From NCBI GenBank assembly GCA_002269645.1, contig NIVC01001791.1, positions 25,382 to 89,381 of the forward strand: DNA of 64,000 nucleotides, written 5' to 3'. Source of the DNA: Macrostomum lignano (lineage: Eukaryota). Below, in pieces: positions 10,806-32,600 of the stretch (position 1 is its first letter; the number at the start of each line of letters is the position of its first letter). The notes beneath the pieces are model-generated. The model worked only from the letters and a program-made list of their open reading frames with translations. It was not told the DNA's origin and did not search any database. The position numbers were made by a program, and so were the translations under genes.

Positions 10806-13535
10806 TTAGAGGCACACGCAGGCCAGCTTCCGTCTCCGTCTGTAACCAATGCTTTCAGCTTCATCAGTAAAAGCTTCAGCCGATGACTGCAGCCGCTGCT
10901 GCGCTTTCTGCTGTCTGAGTTTGACCGCAGCAGTCTGGGAGCGGTCTTCTTGAAGCGGCAGTCTGCTTCTCATGATGGCCAGTGTCAGGTCAACGAACGC
11001 TTTCTGCACGTTGACCACGTTCAGAGCCGAGGTCTCAATGTAGGGCACGCCGAGCTGATTGGCATAGCGTTGAGCCTCTCTGTGAGACACCAGCCTCCTG
11101 TACTCTTCATCTGCCTTGTTGCCAACCAGGCAGCATTCGAACTCGCCACCTTCGCCGGTTGCGCCACTGCCGCCGATGCTGGCTCTGGCGCGGTCCAACC
11201 AGCGAGGCAGCGATTCGAACGAAGCGAGATCGGTGACTGAGAACACGAGCATGACGCCGTGAGCGTTCCGGTAGAAGTTCGATGCCAAGTTCATTGCTTC
11301 GAAACGCTCCTGGAGTATTGATTAGCCTTGATTGAAGTATCAGATGATTGATTGCTTGTGTCAGATGGTTGACTGATGTGTCAGATGGTTGATTGATGTG
11401 TCAGATGGTTGACTGATGTGTCAGATGGTTGACTGATGTGTCAGATGGTTGGTTGATGTGTCAGATGGTTGGTTGATGTGTCAGATGGTTGGTTTGATGT
11501 GTCAGATGGTTGGTTTGATGTGTCAGATGGTTGATTGATGTGTCAGATGGTTGGTTGATGTGTCAGATGGTTGGTTTGATGTGTCAGATGGTTGGTTGAT
11601 GTGTCAGATGGTTGATTGATGTGTCAGATGGTTGGTTGATGTGTCAGATGGTTGATTGCTTGTGTCAGATGGTTTATTGATGTGACAGATGGTTGATTGA
11701 TGTGCCAGATGGTTGGTTGATGTGTCAGATGGTTGATTGATGTGTCAGATGGTTGATTGATGTGTCAGATGGTTTATTGATGTGTCAGATGGTTGATTGC
11801 TTGTGTCAGATGGTTTATTGATGTGACAGATGGTTTATTGATGTGCCAGATGGTTGGTTGATGTGTCAGATGGTTGATTGATGTGCCAGATGGTTTATTG
11901 ATGTGTCAGATGGTTGATTGATGTGTCAGATGGTTGATTGATGTGACAGATGGTTGGTTGATGTGTCAGATGGTTGATTGATGTGTCAGATGGTTCATTG
12001 ATGTGTCGGATGGTTTATTGATGTGTCAGATGGTTGATTGCTTGTGTCAGATGGTTTATTGATGTGACAGATGGTTTATTGATGTGCCAGATGGTTGGTT
12101 GATGTGTCAGATGGTTGATTGATGTGCCAGATGGTTTATTGATGTGTCAGATGGTTGATTGATGTGTCAGATGGTTGATTGATGTGCCAGATGGTTGGTT
12201 GATGTGTCAGATGGTTGATTGATGTGTCAGATGGTTCATTGATGTGTCAGATGGTTTATTGATGTGTCAGATGGTTGATTGCTTGTGTCAGATGGTTTAT
12301 TGATGTGACAGATGGTTTATTGATGTGCCAGATGGTTGGTTGATGTGTCAGATGGTTGATTGATGTGCCAGATGGTTTATTGATGTGTCAGATGGTTGAT
12401 TGATGTGTCAGATGGTTGATTGATGTGCCAGATGGTTGGTTGATGTGTCAGATGGTTGATTGATGTGCCAGATGGTTTATTGATGTGACAGATGGTTGAT
12501 TGATGTGTCAGATGGTTGATTGATGTGCCAGATGGTTTATTGATGTGTCAGATGGTTGATTGACGTGTCAGATGGTTGATTGACGTGTCAGATGGTTGAT
12601 TGATGTGTCAGATTGTTGATGACGAGTCAGAAATTTTTATAAATGAATGATATAACTAACGTTTTAGATAGTCTAGCTGCTCTAGCATGTCCAACATAAA
12701 TGAGCATTTCAGGTACAGTTGAGCATGTCAGTCAGTGTTGAGCATGCCAGACACAGTTGAGCATGCCAGACACAGTTGAGCATGCCAGACACAGTTGAGC
12801 ATGCCAGACACAGTTGAGCATGCCAGACACAGTTGAGCATGCCAGACACAGTTGAGCATGCCAGACACAGTTGAGCATGCCAGACACAGTTGAGCATGCC
12901 AGACACAGTTGAGCATGCCAGACACAGTTGAGCATGCCAGACACAGTTGAGCATGCCAGACACAGTTGAGCATGCCAGACACAGTTGAGCATGCCAGACA
13001 CAGTTGAGCATGCCAGACACAGCTGAGCATGCCAGACACAGTTGAGCATGCCAGACACAGTTGAGCATGCCAGACACAGCTGAGCATGCCAGACACAGCT
13101 GAGCATGCCAGACACAGCTGAGCATGCCAGACACAGCTGAGCATGCCAGACACAGTTGAGCATGCCAGACACAGCTGAGCATGACAGACACAGTTGAGCA
13201 AGGCTCACCATTCCGCCAGTGTCCCACATCCTGAGCTGCACGGTTCTGCCTCCCAGCCTGAGCATGCAGTGAAAGAAGTCGCACAGAATCGTCAGCTGCA
13301 TCTGTCCAATGTCGGCAGTTTCTTCAAGAAATTTGCTCAACAAACTGCTCTTGCCAACTCCGCTACTGCCTATCAGAATGATTTTTAGTTTGAGCTCGGC
13401 GCGGGCTTCTAATCTGCGTTCAACAAAGACCAGGGCTGCTCTCTTCTTTTTAACTTCGTCTTTTTCTTTTCGACGAGTTTGCTTGTCGGAAGCGACGGCT
13501 AGCGGGTCAAGGGTCGATTTTTGCTGCTGTGACAT
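10806..13535 (-). CDS. Divergent Rab-like small GTPase, 2 exons, 276 aa
   Basis: Exons 13535-13209 and 11309-10806 with a phase-0 GT-AG intron, joining WDTGGM|ERFEAM. G1 GSSGVGKS, G3 WDTGG, G4 NKAD, G5 ETSA; RabF-like TILCDF and FYRNA; C-terminus RRRRKLACVCL. Confidence 0.92.
11340..12625. repeat. 20-bp minisatellite (GATGTGTCAGATGGTTGATT)n with a 241-bp higher-order repeat, 3' part of the Rab intron
   Basis: Read directly. A marker 21-bp monomer (..GATTGCTTGTGTCAG..) recurs at ~11800, ~12041 and ~12281. Confidence 0.96.
12719..13200. repeat. 19-bp minisatellite (GAGCATGCCAGACACAGTT)n, ~25 copies, 5' part of the Rab intron
   Basis: Read directly; starts within ~10 nt of the donor at 13208. 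Confidence 0.96.
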
Positions 13536-13702
13536 TTCTGGAAGCCACAGTTCTCAGTGCGAGAGAGAGGACCTACATGTATTTATAGTGCAATCATGGA
13601 GCTTTAGACTTCTTGTCTGGACTGACTAACTGTTAAGGTGGCCTTCCTACAGTACTTCATCGCCTCTCATTGGAATGGTCTGTCTCTACCGTACTGCTAC
13701 TG

Positions 13703-15005
<1,303 letters not shown>

Positions 15006-15574
15006 CACTACTACTACTGCTGCTGCTGCTACTGCTACTGCTACTAATATTATTATTATTAATTACATGTATATTCTACTTATTAATCTTATTGCTATTA
15101 TTATTACATGTACTACTACTGCAGAAACTAGATAATACTAAAAAGATTTAGTCTGTCAGTTTTCATTCCCAGATTGTTAGAATTCTGAAACTCCATGGCA
15201 CAAGCTTGATCCTGCTACAAGCTGCAGACTGTTATTGACTACACTGAGTTACCTGTCACCTGAGGGCTCATGTTCGCTGTCTAAAAAGTTGATTGACTTG
15301 CTAATGAGAATTTTGCGAAAGGCAACACAATTAAAGACTTGGAGGCAGGCTAATTAATTCAGAAATTTTCCAGATAGGATTCACTAATGCAGTTTTATGC
15401 AGGCAAAAGTGTCAATTTCTTTTGTTGCAAACTAAATTTGAAGATTACCATTTTTGTGCTAACTTTTTCTGTTTTCTCTCGCTTGTGTCTTATTGCGCAC
15501 TTTGGTTTCACTACGGCCAGCAGCTCCATCTGCTCTCTCCGTGATGCTCTTCTTTATCAATATTCCTCTCCTCT

Positions 15575-16130
15575 TCTCTCCTCTCTCTGCCACCCTCTCT
15601 CCGCCACCCCCTCTCTCCGCCACCCCCTCTCTCCGCCACCCCCTCACTCCGCCACCCTCTCTCTCCGCCACCCCCTCACTCCGCCACCCCTCTCTCCGCC
15701 ACCCCCTCTCTCCGCCAACCCTCTCTCCGCCACCCCCTCTCTCCGCCACCCCCTCTCTCCGCCACCCTCTCTCTCCGCCACCCCCTCTCTCCGCCAACCC
15801 TCACTCCGCCACACCCTCTCTCCGCCACCCCCTCTCTCCGCCATCCCTTCTGTCCGCCACCCCCCCTCTCTCCGGTACCCCCTCTCTCTGCCACCCCCTC
15901 TCTCCGCCATCCTCTCTCTCCGCCACACCCTCTCTCCGCCACCCCTCTCTCCGCCACCCCCTCTCTCCGCCACACCCTCTCTCCACCATCCCTTCTGTCC
16001 GCCACCCCCCTCTCTCCGGTACCCCTCTCTCCGTCACCCCCTCTCTCCGCCACACCCTCTCTCCGCCACCCCCTCTCTCCACCACCCCCTCTCTCCGCCA
16101 CACCCTCTCTCCGCCACCCCGTCTCTCCAC
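15575..16130. repeat. ~17-bp C-rich minisatellite (CTCTCTCCGCCACCCCC)n
   Basis: Read directly; intergenic; the minus strand is G-rich. Confidence 0.95.
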
Positions 16131-16531
16131 CTTCCCAAACTCCGACACTCCCTTTCTCTGCAACCCTCCATTTTCAGAATTTGGCTCAGTACTTTCTTTA
16201 CTACATGTATAAGCGTAAAAAAATTATGTACTACGCTCATAGATTCTCGCACTTGTACTTGAGAGTAAATTAAATTACCCCTCAAGTATTGCCTCCTTAA
16301 TTATCAGATGTTATGCACTGTTGCCCACTTGTCACCCAGCCAATTCGCATTGTACCGTTCATACGCCCGTATAACTGGGCTTCTATAAATTGACGGCCAC
16401 TCAATTATTAACGCTTGGCAACGGCCTGGCAACAACTATCCACAGTTTGTACCACAGTTTTCTATAAAACTCTTGATTTAGTAGTTTGTCAGTGGGAATT
16501 ATCTGATTCTAATTCTTAACGTTTTTCTAGA

Positions 16532-18322
16532 TCATCTAGCACTCTAGATACTTTGCATCTAGCACTCTAGATACTTTACATCTAGCACTCTAGATACTTT
16601 ACATCTAGCACTCTAGATACTTTACATCTAGCACTCTAGATACTTTACATCTAGCAATCTAGATACTTTACATCTAGCACTCTAGATACTTTACATCTAG
16701 CACTCTAGATACTCTACATCTAGCACTCTAGATACTCTACATCTAGCACTCTAGATACTTTACATCTAGCACTCTAGATACTTTACATCTAGCACTCTAG
16801 ATACTCTATTTCTAGCACTCTAGATACTCTACATCTAGCAATCTAGATACTTTACATCTAGCACTCTAGATACTCTACATCTAGCAATCTAGATACTTTA
16901 CATCTAGCACTCTAGATACTTTACATCTAGCACTCTAGATACTTTACATCTAGCACTCTAGATACTTTACATCTAGCACTCTAGATACTTTACATCTAGC
17001 ACTCTAGATACTCTATTTCTAGCACTCTAGATACTCTACATCTAGCAATCTAGATACTTTACATCTAGCACTCTAGATACTCTACATCTAGCACTCTAGA
17101 TACTTTACATCTAGCACTCTAGATACTTTACATCTAGCACTCTAGATACTTTACATCTAGCACTCTAGATACTTTACATCTAGCACTCTAGATACTTTAC
17201 ATCTAGCACTCTAGATACTTTACATCTAGCACTCTAGATACTCTTCATCTAGCACTCTAGATACTCTTCATCTAGCACTCTAGATACTCTTCATCTAGCA
17301 CTCTAGATACTCTACATCTAGCACTCTAGATACTTTACATCTAGCACTCTAGATACTTTACATCTAGCACTCTAGATATTTTACATCTAGCACTCTAGAT
17401 ACTCTACATCTAGCACTCTAGATACTTTACATCTAGCACTCTAGATACTTTACATCTAGCACTCTAGATACTCTATTTCTAGCACTCTAGATACTCTTCA
17501 TCTAGCACTCTAGATACTCTTCATCTAGCACTCTAGATACTCTACATCTAGCACTCTAGATACTTTACATCTAGCACTCTAGATACTCTTCATCTAGCAC
17601 TCTAGATACTCTTCATCTAGCACTCTAGATACTCTACATCTAGCACTCTAGATACTTTACATCTAGCACTCTAGATACTTTACATCTAGCACTCTAGATA
17701 CTTTACATCTAGCAATCTAGATACTTTACATCTAGCACTCTAGATACTTTACATCTAGCACTCTAGATACTTTACATCTAGCACTCTAGATACTTTACAT
17801 CTAGCACTCTAGATACTTTACATCTAGCACTCTAGATACTTTACATCTAGCACTCTAGATATTTTACATCTAGCACTCTAGATACTTTACATCTAGCACT
17901 CTAGATACTTTACATCTAGCACTCTAGATACTTTACATCTAGCACTCTAGATACTTTACATCTAGCACTCTAGATACTCTTCATCTAGCACTCTAGATAC
18001 TCTTCATCTAGCACTCTAGATACTTTACATCTAGCACTCTAGATACTCTATTTCTAGCACTCTAGATACTCTACATCTAGCACTCTAGATACTTTACATC
18101 TAGCACTCTAGATACTTTACATCTAGCACTCTAGATACTTTACATCTAGCACTCTAGATACTTTACATCTAGCACTCTAGATACTTTACATCTAGCACTC
18201 TAGATACTTTACATCTAGCACTCTAGATACTTTACATCTAGCACTCTAGATACTTTACATCTAGCACTCTAGATACTTTACATCTAGCACTCTAGATACT
18301 CTATTTCTAGCACTCTAGATAC
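16532..18322. repeat. 23-bp minisatellite (ATCTAGCACTCTAGATACTTTAC)n, ~77 copies
   Basis: Read directly; intergenic, upstream of the EML gene. Confidence 0.97.
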
Positions 18323-18643
18323 AGAAAAGGGGTCAGGATGGGCCGTTGTGAACAGGAGCAAGCAGGCAGTGAGCACTATAGGGGGTAAAAGTTCCTGCGC
18401 TCAAATCAGAGTATTTCTGTCCTACTAATGACCCAATCCTGAGTACACAATCCAATCCCTGTCCCGCGCACCTGACCCTTATCTACCAAGCCCTCTCTCT
18501 CTCTAATCCCCACAGGGCAGAGAAATGGGAATGGACGAACGAATCCTGGGATCACACACTTCTCTACTTCCTTTCCTGTCTCGAAAATTACCTCTCATTC
18601 CCTTCCTCTGTGTGTCTCTCTCTCTCGATCTCTCCGCCCATAA

Positions 18644-18657
18644 GTTTCCATGGTAAC
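18644..18657 (+). promoter_or_regulatory. RFX X-box (GTTTCCATGGTAAC) upstream of the EML gene
   Basis: Near-palindromic 14-mer matching the X-box consensus of RFX-controlled ciliary genes, ~185 bp upstream of the ATG at 18841. Confidence 0.7.
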
Positions 18658-18840
18658 CATAATATGCACACACCTGAGCCCAGCTAGGGATCGGTCAAAA
18701 GGAGACGCAGGGAAGCGCAGACAAGCTAGCAAAGAAGTCCTGTTCATTAGCATTGACTAGCGGCTAACTATTTGTGCAATATTTTCTCTGTTTGAAAAAT
18801 TAGATTATCCGTAACAAAACATATAGAAAAACTACTGAAA

Positions 18841-26105
<7,265 letters not shown>

Positions 26106-26189
26106 GCTACAGATTACTGTAGACTTGAGCAGACTATAAGCAGACTTTTTGAGACAAGATATGAATTTGAAGTTTTTATTAAAGGATCG

Positions 26190-27165
26190 CACTGGGGGGG
26201 GCGGGGTAGCGGTGCCCATCAAAAGAACAGGCGGGGGAGTAGCGGTGCCCATCAAAAGAACAGGCGGGGGAGTAGCGGTGCTCATCAAAGGAACTGGGGG
26301 GGGGTAGCGGTGCCCATTAAAAGAAACTGGGGGGAGTAGCGGTGCCCATAAAAAGAACTGGGGGGAGTAGCGGTGCCCATCAAAGGAACAGGCGGGGGAA
26401 TAGGGAGTAGCGGTGCCCATCAAAGGAACTGAGGGGGAGTAGCGGTGCCCATCAAAGGAACAGGCGGGGGAGTAGCGGTGCTCATCAAAGGAACTGGTGG
26501 AGTAGCGGTGCCCATCAAAGGAACAGGCGGGGGAGTAGCGGTGCCCACCAAAGGAACAGGCGGGGGAGTAGCGGTGCCCATCAAAGGAACAGGCGGGGGA
26601 GTAGCGGTGCCCATCAAAGGAACTGAGGGGGAGTAGCGGTGCCCATCAAAGGAACTGAGGGGGAGTAGCGGTGCCCATCAAAGGAACAGGCGGGGGAGTA
26701 GCGGTGCCCATCAAAGGAACTGGGGGGGGGGTAGCGGTGCCCACCAAAGGAACAGGCGGGGGAATAGCGGTGCCCATCAAAGGAACAGGCGGGGGAGTAG
26801 CGGTGCCCATCAAAGGAACAGGCGGGGGAGTAGCGGTGCCCATCAAAGGAACAGGCGGGGGAATAGCGGTGCCCATCAAAGGAACAGGCGGGGGAGTAGC
26901 GGTGCCCATCCAAGGAACTGGGGGGGGGGGGGTAGCGGTGCCCATCAAAGGAACAGGCGGGTTAACAGCGATGCCCATCAAGGAACTGGGGGGGAGTAGC
27001 GGTGCCCATCAAAGGAACAGGCGGGGGAGCAGTGGTGTCCATCAAGGAACTGGGTGTAGTAGCGGTGCCCATCAAAGGAACAGGGGGAGTAGCGGTGCCT
27101 ATTTAAGGAACAGGCGGGGGAGTAGCGGTGCCCATAAAAAGAACCCGGGGCGCAGTTGCGGTGCC
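26190..27165. repeat. 33-bp minisatellite (GTAGCGGTGCCCATCAAAGGAACAGGCGGGGGA)n just downstream of the EML stop
   Basis: Read directly; ~29 copies with variable G-runs. Confidence 0.95.
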
Positions 27166-27933
27166 CTTCAAAAGATAAACTTGATTTTTAATTAATTTTA
27201 AATAATTTTCTCTTTAAAATAACTAAATATATCCATTTTTTATCGTCTGTTGAATGGTAAAATTCTATATTACTTTAAATGCTAACTTTAATTTAATCAA
27301 CGCATAAAGACATGTGCAGTACGTTAATTCACCACAGCAATGTCCATGTTCTTATTATTTTTATTAAGCATAACTATAACCTTCACAAGTTCCGGTTAGT
27401 TCCCACATTGCAACAAAAACTGATTAATATTTTTTGGCTTACTTTGCGGTTTTTGATGATTTTGAGTTTTTTAAACACTTGAATTTAATTGCTTATCTTC
27501 TTTGGTATATTACGGCTTAGCTTAGAAGTCTTTTATCTTGCTACGTAATTTAATCACAGAAATGGCACTAAAACAAACATTTTAAAATTCAAACCTTATA
27601 TTTTTTGCATCTATCGGGAACTATATATTGCACGGACGCCTATATTTCCATATACAAAAAAACTTATATAAAAATATTGACAGCTAATAGTAATAATCTT
27701 TCGCTTTTAAAAGCATCCTATCCGTCCAAATATTATTTTACCCTTATATTAATATACCAACCATGTACTACTAATTGTATATGCTTTTTTGGCCCGTTTC
27801 TAACTTCTTTATCTTTCGAAAAAACAAGGCGCCTTGTTAACTCAAATTTTTGAAGTAGTTATTCTACGACTAATACGCAAAGGACCATTGCGTGGACCGT
27901 TATCATGTCATGATTTGGTATCGATTGGATAGC

Positions 27934-28005
27934 GGCTCAGTGGTCTAGGGGTATGATACTCGCTTAGGGTGCGAGTGGTCCCGGGTTCAAATCCCGGCTG
28001 AGCCC
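27934..28005 (+). tRNA. trnP-AGG: tRNA-Pro (anticodon AGG)
   Basis: 72-nt cloverleaf: acceptor GGCTCAG/CTGAGCC, anticodon arm CTCGC-TTAGGGT-GCGAG, T-arm CCGGG-TTCAAAT-CCCGG; Pol III terminator T7 at 28009-28015. Confidence 0.98.
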
Positions 28006-29185
28006 AAATTTTTTTACTTAACAATTTTTGCATGGCATCGCAGTGGATTTCACCTTTGTCAGAAGACTAAGAAAGTCAGAAAGATTAAATAGTTAAGCAT
28101 TAAAAATTAAAAATAGTTTATTCTACACTATTTCAAAATTAAAAAATGTACTAAGCAAAAGAAGCTGATAAGAAGACTATTATTGGTGCCGATATGTATC
28201 GATTACCACAAACGCATTGAATTTCCATTTTGATGGCTGGAAAGCACAAAACTGTGGGCGGAGCTCTAGCTGTAAGTTCTGTGGCTGGAAGGGTGCGTAA
28301 AAGTGCAAAAAGGCTGGAATTTGTTGCATTTGACAGGCTGTAGCATTGACGAAACTAATAAAGAAATAATTTTAGGGAAAAATTCTTTTTTTGCGAAAAT
28401 GTAAGTAGCATCGAAAGCGTTTCAGTTGCAAAAATTACAAAAAATCGTTCTTTTTTGACAAAACATCTTTATAGGTAGGGGGTTCTTTAAAGATTTATTA
28501 AGCAAAGATCAGACTAATATCATGCCACTGCTTTAATAGAATGCTGACTCAAATCAGTCACTTAAGATCTCTTTAAAAGATTGTACGCACAGCAAAAGGG
28601 GTACATGTTGACTCTGATAATATTTTTAAAGCGACTTTATCTCATGGCGTTGTGCTTGAATGAAATCAACGAATTAGCAACGTTTTTTGTTTTACCGTAC
28701 TTTTTAGTTGAAAAAGGTTCATTCTGGTACCGCGATAACATTTACGTGTAAACCATAGTGGGCATGCTCGTCCGTTGACCCGTAACCCAACGTACGACGA
28801 TTTGATGCAATGTAAAATTAACTATAAAGCAACGAACGTAGACTGAGCACATCGATCTATCTAAAATGCATTTTTTCTGTCAAGGAAGGTCATTTCTTGC
28901 AGAATATTTGACAGTGCATCACGAGTTTTTGTACGTTGGACGCTGCTTATTGTGACAAATAAGCAAGCTAAAATTGTACTTAAATGACACTCCAATGTTT
29001 ATAATGAGTAGCTATTATTGAATAGTGGAGTTTAGACACAATACTGTTGCAATATGCTTTGAGCCACGCGTGAAACACTGCCTGACTGCCTGTGGTGCCA
29101 TTGCATATGGCGTCTCTATATTGTCTAGCATAGCTATATCTAATCTCCTCTCTTCTCTCCTTCTTTTTATCTCTGTTTGTTTCTT

Positions 29186-29187
<2 letters not shown>

Positions 29188-29267
<80 letters not shown>
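29188..29267. repeat. (CT)n microsatellite upstream of the AOX/XDH-like gene
   Basis: Read directly. Confidence 0.97.
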
Positions 29268-29268
<1 letters not shown>

Positions 29269-29622
29269 AACTATCTGCTCTTAAAGCTACTGAGAGGGTT
29301 CTCACACGCGCAGTTTGACAAGCAATCTGCAACAAATTTGACACAACAAACAACTGACTGCGCACAGTTTCTAAGCTATAGAAGAGCCTCTGTATTGTGG
29401 GTGAAGAGTTTGTATAGCAACCATTGAACCCTGGGCCGAGTTGAAGCCAGACCTATTTTGAAGGGTTTTTCGTTCCAATTCTCTGGCAGAGAGGGGTCTG
29501 AATAAATACTCAACGCAAACCGTTGGCAAGAGACTTTAGCCTGTGTGCGCAAGGTTTGATCCGATACTGTTAGGACTTAAAACCAGCAAGTGCAAGTCGC
29601 GATGTATTCTGGTGGCATCAAT

Positions 29623-32600
29623 ATGTCCAGCGGAGATCCGGTTATCTACGTGAATGGCAATCCTTTGGAGAGTAAGTTTAACTTAACGATTTTCTCACAA
29701 AGCTTTTTAATGCTGAAAATTGATAAGATACGTTGATCCGAAACTATCTGTGATTTAGTTCCCAAGGACTGCAACCCTGAGACCAGTCTCAACGATTTCC
29801 TTCGCGATGTGCTCAATCTGAAGGGCACGAAAGTGCTGTGCAGGGAAGGCGGATGCGGATGCTGCGTTGTCACGGCCACCTACAAGCACCCGGCTACAGA
29901 AGAGGTCGTGTCAGTGCCTGTCAACTCGGTGAGTCTCCATTTGCTTCGTGATTACGACCTACTTATAAGGATGCAATTCAATACGTCAGCTCCGATGTCA
30001 TGACGCGACTCGTGTGATCGGTTGCAGTGCTTGTGTCCGGTGTACTCGGCCGTGGGCTGGCACGTCACCACCATCGAGGGCATCGGAGGCAGCGGCAAGC
30101 CGTACCACCCGATCCAGGAGAGACTCGCTGAGCACTATGGCACCCAATGCGGCTTCTGCTCTCCCGGATTCGTCATGAGCATGTACAGCCAGCTGCAGGA
30201 GAACCCGAAGCCGACGATGCAGCAGGTCGAGCACTTCTTTGATGGAAACATTTGCCGCTGCACCGGCTATCGGTCCATTCTTGACGGCATGAAGTCGTTT
30301 GCGTGCGACTCGAACAACGGCGCTTGCGTCGACATCGAGGTGAGTCTGAGGTTTACACCTACATGCATGTTGTCGGGCGCACAATCATTAGTCCCTTTCA
30401 ACATCCCCTTCAAAACACAACATCAACTCCATTGCTCAGGAAATGAACAAGAGCCTGTGCGCTGAAGGCATCGCGAAGCCACCTACATCCGGTGTGATTC
30501 CGATCGCTCGCGGCTGGAAGGGACAGCGCTTCTACAATCCTGGAAGCTTGGACCAACTGCTCAAGCTGCTCAAGCGGTACAAGGACGATGAGTACCAGCT
30601 CGTGTGCGGAAACACTTCTGCCGGAGTGTTCAAGGAAGACGTGCTCGTCAACTGCTACATCAACGTTCGCAACGTTCCAGAGCTGCACAACATCAGGGTG
30701 AGTGATAGATGTTACAGCAAGAATTTATCAGATGGATTGTACGCTCGTAGTCCAAGCTAAGTAACACTTCGCGTTGATTTCAGCTGAGCAAGTCGGGTCT
30801 GGAGATCGGTTCTACCGTCACTCTTCGCGAGCTTATTGAAATATTCAAGGAGGCCGCCGAGAAGGTGCCCGGTTTGGCTCACCTCGACAGAATCAGCGAC
30901 CACTACCAGCAGGTAGCCAATCAGGCCGTTCGCGCGAACGCGTCGTGGGCCGGAAACCTCATGATGAAGCACCGACACCAGGACTTTCCGTCGGACGTGT
31001 TCATCACACTGGAGGCGGCAAAGACCGTGATCAAGGTGGCGGATGAGCAGGGTACTCAGGATCACGTGCTGACTGACTTTCTGAGGATGGACATGCGCGG
31101 GAAGGTGATCGTGTCGGCCAAGCTGCCGGCGATCTCGACAGACCAGCACTTCTACAGGTCGTTCAAGATCACGCCGCGTCAGCTCGTGAGCTAAAAGTCA
31201 ATCATGTATTTTTGACGGAACAGCATGCGTACCAATAATACTTTACTACATTGAAATACCCACATGTTTCTCTTGCAGAACGCCCATGCCTACGTCAACG
31301 GAGCCTTTGAGCTTGCTGTTGACAAGAAAAAGGACTACACTGTGCTTGAGCGTCCAACCATTGTTATTGGTGGAATTTCTGACAAATTTGTAAGCACTGC
31401 AGCTGATTCTAAACTTATAGAACAGAAACAGAAGCAACAAAGTAGTTGACATGTAACCTTGTCTGTTGTAGAATCGAGCCACGAAGACAGAAAACTTTCT
31501 GTTGAACAAGAACCTTCTGGATGAAGAGGTTGTCGAATGTAAGTTTTAAACGAAAGGTTTTGTTGTTAAAATATTATCAGACATGAAAATCACAATTGCT
31601 TAACCCATACGCAAAAACTTTCAGCCGCGCTGAAGGTGCTCGAGTCGGAGGTGGTGCCGGTCGAGGAAGCTACCGCCTCCTCGCCGGAGCATCGTCGACA
31701 GCTGGCCGTGAACCTTCTCTACAAGACCATCTTGGACATCGGCAGCGACGCTGTGGAAGGCGCCGCTCGCTCGGGCGGTTCCGTCCTCACCCGACCTCTC
31801 CAGCGAGGCGAGCAGGACTTTGTCGAAGAGCTTCAGCCGGCACCGCTGGGCCAGTCGGTCAGGAAGCTCGAGTCCAAGGCGCAGACATCCGGCGAGGCCA
31901 CCTACGTGAACGACTACCCAGCTCACGCGAATGAGCTATTTTTAGCTTTTGTCCGTGCTCCCGAGGCCGCCATCAAGGTCACAGGATTTGACACCGAAGA
32001 AGCCGAGGTATCCCAAATAAATGCTATGATATCTGATAATAAACGATCGTTTCTTCTTCGATATCCTTTTAACTTTAAGTCCTGGATTCTGTCTTTCAGA
32101 AAGTGCCAGGCTTCGAAGGTCTTCTGACTTTGAAAGATCTTGAAGGCAAATATACAAACAACTACGACCTGCCTATCTTCCCGGCTGAAGCGTGAGTATG
32201 ATTTGGATTTTTCCGCAGTTTCTAGCACATCTATATCGATACTTTAAAGGCTTAATTATTTATTTTACTTCCGGACTTCAACAGGCAAACGGACGAGATC
32301 TTCCCATCGAATGTTGTTGGCTTCGCCGGTCAGCCGTTGGCCGCCGCCATGGCTAACACACAATGGGCCGCCGACCGAGCCGCCAGCCTGGTCGAGGTTC
32401 TATTCGAGGCCGGCGACGAGCCAATCGTGCATATCTCGGAGGCTCTGGCTAAGAAGTCGATTTACTTCCAGGACGCCCAGAAGAAATCGACGGAGGACCC
32501 AGACGCTGCGATGGCGAAGCAGGCGGTGCAGGTTGAAGGAGAGGTGCTGGCCGGTGAGCAGCTGCACTTCTTCATGGAGTCAATCACTGCTAGCGTTCGC

